From assembly GCF_009914755.1 (NCBI RefSeq), contig NC_060935.1: a stretch of 64,000 nt of DNA. One strand, given 5' to 3'. Numbering within the stretch: position 1 is the first letter of the stretch; every line of letters starts with the position of its first letter. The position numbers and the translations under genes are program-made. Shown piece after piece: positions 12,890-24,592 of the stretch. The DNA comes from the human T2T-CHM13v2.0 reference genome, Homo sapiens. The notes beneath the pieces were generated by a model. The model ran no database searches. It saw only the letters and a program-made list of their open reading frames with translations, and was not told where the DNA came from.

Positions 12890-15228
12890 CAGTCTGCCAG
12901 GAGAAATTTAAATTATCTCTAGAGGAAAATAACATCATTGAGAGCCTCTACAAACTTTCCTACACAATGTCTAGGATTCGCAATTCCTGATTAAAATAGG
13001 ACAAAGTGAGCAAACACTGAATGGGAAAAAAAAAAGACAATAAAAGAAGAACTGCAAGTGATTCAGACATTGTAGTTATAGGAAATAAGACTTTAAAATA
13101 ATTATGACAAACATGTGTAAAGAGATGACAAAATGAAGAATCTCTTCACTAAAATTCACAAAAATAGAACCAGATGAATATCCTAAAACTGAAAAGAGGA
13201 AAACTGAAATTGGAGATTAAAATTTAGGCTAAACAGCAAGTAAGACATAACAAAATACAAAATTACTGAAATGAGAGATAAATCAGTGCAGAATGTTAGA
13301 TTGAGATAAGAAACTAAAAATGATGGAAAACACATAAAAGAGTAGACTTTTTTATACAATTAAAAAATCTAAAAAATATAATGAGAGTTTTAGATGTAGA
13401 GGGAAGAGAAAATGTATCAGAGTGGTATTTGAATTGCTACTGACTGACAATTTTTCAAAACCGAGGAAATACATTAAACCATAGATTTAAAGAAACTGTG
13501 AACATCAAGCAGGATAAATATAAAGAACAATACTAGGCACACCATAGTCAATATGCTGAAAAGCAAAGACAGAAGGAAACAATTTAAATCACAAGAAATG
13601 AAAAGGGGAGACATCACTTTCAAGGGAGCAATACACTTTTCATATGTGTTACTGTAGAAACAAAACCACATTGAAACAACAGCTTCAAGTTTCTGGAATA
13701 AAATAACTTCCAACGTGAATTCTACACCTTCTGAAATCGCCTTAAAATATAAAAATAAAACAAAGACACTTAAAGACAAAATTGAGATTACTCTTTGGTA
13801 GCAGACCAGCAGCTAAAGAAATACTAAGGGCAATGTGTAAAGCAGAAAAAAATAGATCCCTGATGCAAATCAGAAAAGCAGAAAGAACTAAAAATTTTTG
13901 TAAAATAAATATATGTGTAAACTTAATGCCTATCGGCCATGTCAAATAAAAGTAATGTTTGCTCATTGCTGTAGTCTGAATGTTCGTTTCCTCCCCAAAT
14001 TCATATGTTGAAATCCTAATCCCCAAGGTGATGGCATTAGGAGAAGGGGACATTGGGAGGTGATTGAGTCATGTGGGCAGGGTCCCCATGATTAGGATTA
14101 GTGCCTTTATAAATGAGGCCACAGAGAGCAAGCTCTTCCACCAAGTGAGGACACAGTGAGAAGACACTGTCTCAGAAAGAGAATAGGCTTTCACCAGACA
14201 CCAGATTCTGCCAGCTCCTTGATCTTGGATTTCTCAGTCTCCTAGAACTGTGAAAATACATTTATATTGCTCATAAGCTACCCAGCTCAATATGCTTTGT
14301 TATAACAGTTGAAATGGACAAGACACTGGTTTAAAATATATATATATTTATATATTTTATATATGTAATTTATATATTTAATTACATATAATTAAATAAT
14401 ATAAAATAATCACATAAAAGAAAGGAGATTAAAAGGAGACAAAATATTCTAAGTTTTTTGTATTGTGATGAGTTCCAATGTATCAGAGCTCTGATAAGTC
14501 AATGGTACATACTGAAACTTACAGAGAAACTATTCAAAAGCAACATATAAAGATATATAATTAAAAATTTAATAGTCAAATGGAATAATAATAATAGTGA
14601 TCTTGATAAAAATAAATCCAGAAAGAATTAGAATTAGAGCAGCTAGGAAAAATAGAAAATAAATAGAAAAATGGAGATTTGAATCCAAATTATACAGTAA
14701 TTATATTAAATATAAATAAAGTTCCTATAAAAACATAAATATTATTGTCAAACAAAGTTAAAATCTAACTGATGCTTATTAGAGGCACACATTAAGTATA
14801 ATGATACAGAAAAATTAAAAGTAAAATAATCAAAATATTCTATCTTCCCTCACATCCCCCAGAAATATTGTCAGGAATAAAAGAGCAACAGGAAAATTAC
14901 CAATATTAGGTGTGCCAGGGACGTATTATTAGATAGATAATCAAAGAATAGCCTGAATGCATTTTGGTGAATACAGTTGAAAGTTTAGATAAAATAGACA
15001 CCAGAAGAAACAAAAAATCTAAAATATACTTTAATATATTAATTAAATGAATTATCCAATTAAAATCTATTGCACAAAGAACTCTTCATACTAAGATTCT
15101 TTCATAGACAAATTACAAATATTTTAAGAATTATATATATTTAATAATACAAAAAGTATTTCAGATAAAATACATACCTATTCATTTTATAAAGCAAGCG
15201 TAACCAAAATTTGACACAGATAGTCCAA
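12890..15228 (+). mobile_element. Old L1M (L1ME-like) ORF1/ORF2 remnants, interrupted by MLT1A0
   Basis: A-rich L1-like text (aatactaggcacaccatagtcaatatgctgaaaagcaaaga; ttagataaaatagaca; cattttataaagcaagc); no intact frame. Confidence 0.6.
13967..14325 (+). mobile_element. MLT1A0-like MaLR solo LTR
   Basis: tgctgtagtctgaatgtt...caaattcatatgttgaaatcctaatccccaaggtgatgg...gaaatggacaagaca with TG...CA ends. Confidence 0.85.
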
Positions 15229-17813
15229 GAAAGACAGATAGACCTCAACACAATAACAGCTGGAGACCTCCAAACCCCATTTTCAACACTGGGCACCTCT
15301 TCCAAACAGCAAATAAACAAAGAAATGTTTGAATTAGTCTGCACTGTAGAACAAATGGACCCAATAAGTATTTACAGAACATTTCATCCAGTGGCTGCAC
15401 AATACACATTCTTCTCCTCAGCACATGGATCATTGTCAAGGATAGACCATATGTTAGGTCACAAAACAAGTCTTAAAACATTCAAAAAAATTGAAATAAT
15501 ATCATCCATCTTCTCTGACCACAATGGAATTAAACTAGAAATCAATAATAGGAGGAACTTTGTAAACTATACAAACACATGGAAATTAAAAAAATATGTT
15601 CCTTAATGACCAATGAGTCAAGGAAGAAATTAAGAAGGAAATTGGAAAAAATCTTGAAACAAATGAAAATGGAAACACAATATACCAATATCCATGGGAT
15701 ACAATGAAAGGAGTACTAAGAGGAAAATTTATAGCTATAAATGCCTACCTCAAAAAAGATGAAAAACTTCAAATAAATAACCTAATGATGCATCTTAAAG
15801 AACTAGAAAAGCAAGAGCAAACCAAACCCAAATTTAATAGAAGAAAAGAAATAATAAAGACCAGAGCAAAAATAAATGAATTTGAAGTTAAGAAAACAAT
15901 ACAAAAATCAAGGAAACAAAAGTTGGGTTTTTGAGAAGATAAACAGAATTGACAGAACTTCTACCATACTAATGAAGAAAAAAATAGAAGAAGTCTAAAA
16001 ATCAGAAATGAAAAAGGAGACATTACAACTGATGCCACAGAAATTCAAAGGGCCATTTGCGGCTACTGTGAGCAACTATATGACAATAAATAGGAAAACC
16101 TAGAGGAAATTGATACATTTCTAGGCACATGTAACCTACCAAGATTGAACCATGAAGAAAGGCAAAATCTGAACAGACCATTAACAAGTAACGAGATGGA
16201 AGCTGTAATAAGTCTTCCAGTAAAGAAAAGCCTGGGGCCCTATGAATTCACTGCTGACTTCCACCAAACATTTAAAGGGGAAATAATACCAATCCTGCTA
16301 GAACTATTTCAGAAAATACAGGAAGAGGGAATACTTCCAAACTCATTCTATAAAGCCAATATTAACCTGATACCATAACCAGACAAATACTCATTAAAAA
16401 AAGAAAATTACAGGCCAGTATCTCTGACGAATATTAATGGTAAAATCATCAACAAAATACTAGCAATCTAAATTCAATAATACATTGAAAGCATCATTGA
16501 TCACTACCAAGTGGGACTATCCCAGGGATGCAACATACACATATCAATTAACATACATAGATCAATTAACATACACTATCAATTAATATGATACATCATA
16601 TCAACAGAATGAAGGTCAAAAATCATCTGATCATTTCAGTTGATTCTGAAAAAGCATTTGATAAAATTCTTTTTATCATCTCTCTGTAATAGACATCTCT
16701 ACATAATCAACATCTCTATGTAATAAAAACCCTCAAAAAGCTGGGTATAGAAGGAACATACATCAACATAATAAAAGCCATGTATGACAGACTTACAGAT
16801 AGTGTTATACTGAATAGGACAAATTTGAAAGCCTCTCCTCTAAGATCTGGAACACAACAAGGATGCCCACTTTAGCCACTATTATTCAACGTAGTACTGG
16901 AAATACTAGCCATAACAATTAGACAAGAAAAAGGAATAAGTGACATCTAAATTGGAAAGTAAGAAGTCAAATTATCTTTGCAGATGTTCTGATCTTATAC
17001 TTGGAAAAACCTAAAAGCTGCACAAAAGTACTATTAGAACTGATAAATGCATTCAGTAAATTTGCAAGATACAAAATCAACATTTAAAAATCAGTAACAT
17101 TTCTATATACCAACAGTGAACAATCTCAAAAAGAATTTAAAAAGTAATCCCATTTATAATAACAACAAATAAAATTAAATACCTCAGAATTAAATTAACT
17201 GAAGAAGTAAAAGATCTGTGCAATGAAAATAGTAAAACACTGCTGAAAGAAATTGAGGAAGACATAAGCAAAAATGGAAAGAAATTCCATGTTCATAGAT
17301 TGGAAGAATCAATATTGTTCAAATATTCAATACTACTCAAAGCAATCTACAGATTCAATGCAATCCTTATCAAAATACCAATGACATTCTTCAAAGAAAT
17401 AGAAAAGAATCATAAAATTTATATGGAACTACAGAAAACCCAGAAGAGCCAAAGTTATCCTGAGCAAAAAGAACAAAGCCAGAGGAAGTTGTACTACATG
17501 ACTTCAAGTTATGCTACAGATATAGTAACCAAAATAGCATGGTACTGGCATAAAAACAGAAACATAGACCAATTAAACATAATAGAGACCCCACAAACAA
17601 ATCCACACACCTCTAGTGAACTCACTTTCAAAACTGATGCCAAAAGCATAGACTGGGAAAAAGTCTCTTCAATAAATGATATTGAGAAAACTGGATATCT
17701 ATATGCAGAATAATGAAACTAGATCCTATCTGTCACCGTCTACAAAAATAAAATATAAATGGATTAAAGACTTAAGTCTAAGACCTCAAACTATGAAGCT
17801 AGTACAAGAAAAC
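15229..17813 (+). mobile_element. L1PB/L1MA-type ORF2 fragment (endonuclease to post-RT), disrupted, no 3' end
   Basis: ORF pieces AGDLQTPFS/YTFFSSAHGSLSRIDHMLG/SDHNGIKLEIN (EN), [28 protein letters not shown]...WYWHKNRNIDQ; many stops and frameshifts. Confidence 0.9.
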
Positions 17814-17819
17814 TAGCAT

Positions 17820-18420
17820 TTGGCACACATATTACTGTTGAGTCAATACCTAGAAGTGTAATTGCTTGATCATAGAGTATGTATAAATTGAGCTTATTAG
17901 ATAATGCCAAAAGGGTTTTTCAAAGTAGATATACAATTTGAAAACTTATCAGCAATGCATGAGAGTATCAATTACTCTATATGCTCTCTAAGGCAAAATT
18001 CTGTCCATTTTAAATATTTTACTTATTTATTTTGATTGGCAAATGATGGTGTTACATTCTTGTTTTAATTTGCATTCCCCTGGTAGTAAAAATGGTGAGA
18101 AAATTTTCACATTTGTGGACCTTTTGGATATAATATTTTATGAAATGTTATTCCATATTTTGACCATTTTCTATTAAATTGCCTTTTTTATAATTTTTAT
18201 GGTAGCTTATATGTATATATAGCCATATATATTTGAGACACAATTTCTTTGCCAGGTATATGTATTGCTAATATTTTCTTCCACTCTGTAAATTGCCTTT
18301 TTTTCTCACTTAATAATATCTTTGGATGAACAAAAATTCCTAATTTTAATAGATTGCAATTTATAAATTATTTCCTTTATGGTTAGTTCTTTTAGTGGCC
18401 TGCTTAAGAAATCACCCAAT
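17820..18420 (-). mobile_element. L1ME fragment
   Basis: tacctagaagtgtaattgcttgatcatag, gttttaatttgcattcccctg, gtattgctaatattttcttccactctgt. Confidence 0.7.
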
Positions 18421-18469
18421 GAAGACATTACATTCAAAATTTGTTTAATGAATACATGAATGAAGCTGT

Positions 18470-18680
18470 GTTGAGCCAGATGACCTTAAACTTAAACCCC
18501 AGTTCTACATATTTGTAACTAGTTTACCATATTCACATTGTATTTCTTCTTTGTAAGCCTCATTCTTTATTATCTGTAAAATGGGGGCAGTGACATACTC
18601 TTCAGGTAGGTTTTGTATTGGGCATAATATAGGTAAAGTGTCTGGAACATATTAGGTACTTGATAAGCATTAGTATTTAT
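18470..18680 (+). mobile_element. MIR
   Basis: aagcctcattctttattatctgtaaaatggggg...gtaaagtgtctggaaca. Confidence 0.65.
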
Positions 18681-18729
18681 TTTAACAAATTTTCATAATT
18701 GATTTTCTTAGCCTACAGATACCCTAAAT

Positions 18730-18875
18730 CCTGCTTCTCAACATGTGGTCAGTGATCCCTAGGAGCTTGCTAGAAATTCAGACTCTCCAGGCCCACCCCA
18801 GACCTACTGAATCAAAATCTGATTTTAAACAACACTCCTCAGTGATTTCCCCTATTGCAATTTGAGAACCACTAT
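18730..18875. mobile_element. MER5A1-like MITE
   Basis: caggcccaccccagacctactgaatcaaaatctg...tttgagaaccact. Confidence 0.8.
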
Positions 18876-21800
18876 ACTTAGATTTTTACTCGTTGAATAA
18901 TTTGGGGAGTTAACTAAGATATTTATTTTAATTTTTCATTTGATCTAATTTAATTAAATGGAGAAAAGGAGCCAGAGAATTGTTCCACTGTTAACTTTGT
19001 CTTTGACCAGCCATTCTTTATTAAAAAGCACCTGCTCTTGAAATTGAACTCTTGTGCCCATGGCCAGGTAGCTCATAGGCCCAGAGCTAGCTTCCTGGTG
19101 AGAACATTAACTTCCTAAGAAATATTTGTACTTACCTTTCTTTGAAAGAAATAGAAGCCTTTTACAGCAATGTGCCTATAAGAGTAACGTCAGGCAATGC
19201 AGCTCAAGCAAACTGCATCACTAGCCAAGATTCTCATGGGATGAGTGCCCAAATCAATAGTGTAGGTAACACAATTACCGCTTAATAAATTGTATTCAAG
19301 TTTCTCTGAGATGAAATAACCCAGATTTTATTGTTGTGGTAGAAACAATATTGTGAAAGAATGAGCCCCAAGTGTCTGGAGATTAAGGGAGATTGTCAGA
19401 GAAATTTAGCACTGTGTAGGGATGGAAAGCATTTTTCTTGTTATTCAACTAAGTGTCATATAGTAATTTCTTTCCAGTTTTCATCTCAAAGGCATTGGCC
19501 TGCATCTTATCTTGCTCAGCATCCCTGCAGAGTTGAACCAAGAGCTAAGGTCTCTTTGAAGTTAATGGAGACTCTGTGCTCAGATTAGCCCTACAGGATT
19601 TGTCTAGCAAAGCAAGAAACAGGCTCTTTATTTATACTGGTGTTTATGAAATCACAGGGGAAACAACTGTTACTCAGCAGGATGGCTCTTACAGAGATGG
19701 AGATATTTGCAGTTTTAAATCTACTTTAGCTTTTTTTTCTTTATTAGTCACTTAGCGCTACAGCATATTCTTAGGATCTAAATGCCTACCTTAATTGAAA
19801 GAGCCTTGGAAAAAATAGCCAGGAGACTTGCATTCTAATAGCAACCCTGGTACTTATTAACTATGTATCCTTGGAGAAATCATCTTTTCTCTATGGACTT
19901 TAAAGAAATTGGATTAGATAATCTTTAAACTCATTCTGAGAAGAAAATTTTTGTGATTCAACATATTAACTTAAAAGGAACTCTTTTACAAGGAAAGGTA
20001 TCAAGATAAGATTTTGTAACTACAATCCAAAAACAATGTTCAGAGAGTCAGTCCGCAGTTATATATAATATTGTCTGTGTTTGCTTTTGTGCACTCAGAG
20101 AGAGGGTCCATGGTATTCAGATTCTGGAAGGGGTCTGTCACCACAAAATTGCAGGACAAATACGACAGGAGCACAAATTAAGAGTCAAGAGCAAATATTT
20201 GAAAGGAATTTAAAAGGAATGATCTGCAGAGTTTTTTATTTCTCAAATAAAATATTTTAACATACGTTTCTAAAATTTTAACAATGATTAGCTTCCCTGA
20301 ACACAACATATACTCTACACATACACATGCACACTGGGGATAATGTGTCCTATGCTTGGCTAATGCTATGAATTACTTTTTGTAATTGAATTATAAACAA
20401 AATCAAACCAGTTTTTAAAATGCTACTTTAGAGGCAACTCAGCTGTTATAGAAAATCAGAGAAATATACAAAACACAATCAACTTCTAAGAGAAGCTCCT
20501 TCACCCCACGTAAGTTTTTAAGGATAACACTGCTGTTCTGGAAAAATAATAATTTTAAAGGTGCAGTTTTATATAACTGAAGGATTCCAGCAACTTATTT
20601 AGATTTATTTCTTTCATATTCTTCCAAAATTTAATTCTATCAAATGTCATACATATTCTTAAAGGAATTGTGATTTGCCGCAGCAAAGTCTCTTTTGTTT
20701 ATCATTTGAGAGAGAATATCTGACTGCAAACATGTCTATGCAAGTTAATTTGCTTTTTGTGTCTTCCTAGATACTATTATCTAAGATCGGATTCAGCTCT
20801 GTGAATAGTTTTCAGCCCACATAATTATTTTGAAAGTGTTAGAGGCATTTCAAATGAAAATTTTGCAAATGAAGTGACACTGGATTGTGTAAAATCCTAT
20901 CTTTCTAGGCTTGTTGTTTTAATCTATATTTTATCTATATTTTATTTGGGTGATAAGTAGAACTATTTTGTGCTTTCAATAAACATTGCCTTGTGGTTTT
21001 ATTATAAAAACTGCATCCTTAAACCAAGATGAAACATATGGAAGCTTCATTGCTTAAACAAACAGCTGCACTTTTCTTCAGGGCAAATCTCAGAATCATA
21101 GTCTTGACAAAGAGCTTAAAAATCTTTCAGAAAAAATTAATTTTCTTCTTTCTAGCAATACAATTACATTCACAGATTATACAAGAAAACAGTAGGCATT
21201 TTTTTCTTCATATCTGCTCCTATTCCTCCTCCTTTCCTCTAATGCAAAAGCAAACAAGCATTGTCTCTCAGCTTCAAATGATTATTCTAATCTAGCTGCT
21301 GAAAGATAGAGTTTAATGGTTGCTACTGGTTGGAATCTTTGTCCCAGTTCCTTAACCAGTTTTAATATGTAGGAAACTGTCGGCTAACTCCCAGAACGTT
21401 GTTAACATGAATATTCTCACTGAGAGAAGCAATGCTGATAAGAAATGGGGCCCCCAGAACCAAATGTTTTTGATCCAGGAACTGCACTCTTTTCAAGGAT
21501 GCTTTTCATTTTTCAGAGATGAATGTAAATAAGCCCATACAGCCTCTAGGGAACAAAAATAGAACCCCACCATTATCTGCTAATACACATTGGAGTAAAT
21601 TGTATCCACCCTTTTACTCAGTATCTTAGCTGAATCAGGTTCAAAGCTACTCATTTCTTTGGGGATAAAGACGACAATTAGAATCTTTTCTTAGCTGGTT
21701 CAATTTAAAATTTAGACTTTGCTGATAATTTTTCTTTGGCTGATAATGAAAGTTGTTGGCACATTTCCCAGCCTAGATACTTATCTATAAATAAAGTTGT

Positions 21801-21897
21801 ATGCTAGTGTGGCCAGAAAGAACATTAGTGCCTGCATCAGATAGTTTGAGATGGCTACTGGCAGAGAGCTATGCTGCTGTAAGAAATGAAGGCATTA

Positions 21898-22264
<367 letters not shown>

Positions 22265-22689
22265 TGGAAAATGTATATAATAGTCTTTCCTATACAAAGT
22301 ATAGGAAAAGTATAACCTCCTCTTTCAAAGATATTTATCCCTCTAATTATTTAATAGTGAGCTGTTGAATTAAACCTTTTGATAACTCTTTGATCAATAG
22401 ATGGATATCAAGGATTTAACATGAATTAACTCCCATTTGCTGGATATGCACATATTGCTGAGAATAGAACAGGGCTGTAAGGGAGCTACAGTTATTGAGT
22501 TCATAGCTTTAAGATTTTATTTCTTTTTTTTTTTCTGTGCAGGGTCAGGTGGAAGCTGGCCAGTAGGTACCACAAAAATAATGAAAATAAAGCATCATGA
22601 GTGCTGTGAGGGACAAAGTACAGGATCTCCTTCTGGGTTGCTTTTCTCTTCTGTTACTATTTTCTTCCCTGCGTTGCTTGACTGAATTC

Positions 22690-22940
22690 CACCCAGTCTT
22701 CAGGTCTCAGGATAAATGTCACTTTCCAAGAAAAGCTTTTGCCTACATTGGATAGCCCTATCCTAGACTTCATGCAGCCTGTACTTTTATTTCATAGCAG
22801 TTGACATGTTGGTATTTATATCATTTATATGGGGTTTTTCGATATCTCTTTTTTTCCCACTAGAGTATAAATTCCACAAGAGCAGGAACCTTGCCTCTCT
22901 TGTCATCACATCTGAGTGCTTCATACTGTGTCTGGCAAAT
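22690..22940 (+). mobile_element. L2 3' end
   Basis: cccactagagtataaattccacaagagcaggaacc...tgtgtctggcaaatag. Confidence 0.65.
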
Positions 22941-22944
22941 AGCA

Positions 22945-23185
22945 ATGGTATTTAGAGGGTGAGCATGTCACATACTCTGTGTTCGACACAGTTTTATATA
23001 CAGACATATTTGTTAATCCTCAAAAGTTGTTTGAGGAAAGTACCATAATATTTCCCTTTTTAAAGATTGAGAAACTGAGATAAAGAGATGTAGAGCAACT
23101 TCTATAAACTTTCACTGCCAACAGGGGCCAAGTCTAGATTAAACCCAGGCGCTCTTGCTTCAGACTTTGTGTTCTTAACCACTTT
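22945..23185 (-). mobile_element. MIR
   Basis: ttaatcctca...tgagaaactgaga...aaacccaggc...gttcttaaccact. Confidence 0.65.
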
Positions 23186-23299
23186 TTTTTTTTACTGCAT
23201 TTATAGATAACCCTTTGTCAAATAAGTCAAAGAATAAATTAATGAGCTAGACAAACTAATACCAAAGTGCCTAACCTACTTTAGCAGTCTTACATGTCT

Positions 23300-24110
23300 T
23301 TTGAAGATATAAAGATTAAATGAAAACTGAAAGATGAGTAGGAGGACTGAAATTTAGCCCTAGCATTTGGGCAAAAAAGTGTGGATATGCAGAAAAGTAT
23401 ATTCCAGGTAAGGTAAGCTTCATAGATGAAAGTTTGGAGATGTACGAGTATAGATACTTCTAGAAATGAGTAGAATTTCATTTTACCTGGCAGGCATGCT
23501 GAGTGTGAGAGGCATCTTGGTAAGGCTGTAGATCTAGGCAGGGCCTAAATGATGGGAGGCTTTATAAATACTTTCTAAAGAAGTTTTATAGGATTTGACG
23601 GAAAGGCTTAAAAGACAGGAGTGACCCAATCAGATAGGCGTTTTGAGAATGCTGCTGCCTATATTGTAGAAAAGCATTTTAAGCAAATAAGTCCAGAAAC
23701 AGAGAGAAAAAGCTGTTTGGTAGTACTTGAAATAAAAGATTTGGTGACCTGTACTACAGTAGTAGCAGTAGGAGTGGAGATAAATATTTGGATGTAATAA
23801 TATTTAGGATTAAGAGACAAAAGGACTTCATGATTGAATACAGGAGTGTGAGGAAGAAGTTAGTCATCGCAAGTTATTGAAATATGAAGTTGGAGTCAGG
23901 AATAGGAAAGAAAGGATCAGACTTTGAGGTGCCAGTGTGGTTTTCCAGTGACCATGATTATTAACAGTTGAGAATGTTTCTCTTGAGCTTAAGAGATATA
24001 CGTCTAGGCTAGAAATACAAATTTGGGATAGTTTAAGTAGCAACTGAAGCCATGAAAGTCCAAGGCAAAAGAAAATAATTACCAGGACAGATGTCTCAGG
24101 ACTTGTCAAT
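23300..24110 (-). mobile_element. L2 fragment
   Basis: aaaagacaggagtgacccaatcagataggcgttttgaga, gtagcagtaggagtggaga, caaatttggga. Confidence 0.6.
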
Positions 24111-24424
24111 GTGAACTGTAATGAGTTTGTTGTTTCTTAGCCTCAGGTTTCTATGCTATAAAATGTCAGTGTGAAGAACGTACTTCACAGGGTTAATATC
24201 AGGCTATTATGAAACAACTGTGAAAACCTCTGGAAGTTGTGTACATTCACTAAAGCATAATTCCATCTCTTTGTTTCTACGTAGTTAAAATAACTTTCTT
24301 TTTCAAGTAATCTCAAGAGGAAACATAAAACTTGCATCAGCAAGTGAATACTAAATTTCCAAGGATTGTAATGGGAGTTTGTAGGAAAAAGAAAATATCC
24401 TCTCTCCTAATTAAATGTCTATTC

Positions 24425-24570
24425 TGGAGACTGATTTGAATAATAATAAAAATCCAGTCTCCTGTACAGCTAGCTCTGTGTAAATTAATCTTTCTCTACT
24501 GCAATTCCCTTGCCTTGATAAGTTGGCTCTGTCTAGGCAGTGGGAAAGGTGAACCCATTGGGCAGTTACA
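24425..24570 (+). mobile_element. LTR8 R-U5 only (5' LTR lacking U3)
   Basis: ggagactgatttgaataataataaaaatccagtctcc...ggctctgtctaggcagtgggaaaggtgaacccattgggcagttaca equals the 3' ~145 nt of LTR8. Confidence 0.85.
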
Positions 24571-24574
24571 AATT

Positions 24575-24592
24575 TGGGGGCTCGTCCAGGAT
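24575..24592 (+). other. Primer-binding site, tRNA-Pro
   Basis: tgggggctcgtccaggat, 17/18 to TGGGGGCTCGTCCGGGAT, 4 nt after the LTR terminal CA. Confidence 0.9.

Noticed and set aside
24575-24592. tRNA-Pro gene
   Set aside because: Only the 18 nt complement of the tRNA 3' end (PBS); no cloverleaf.
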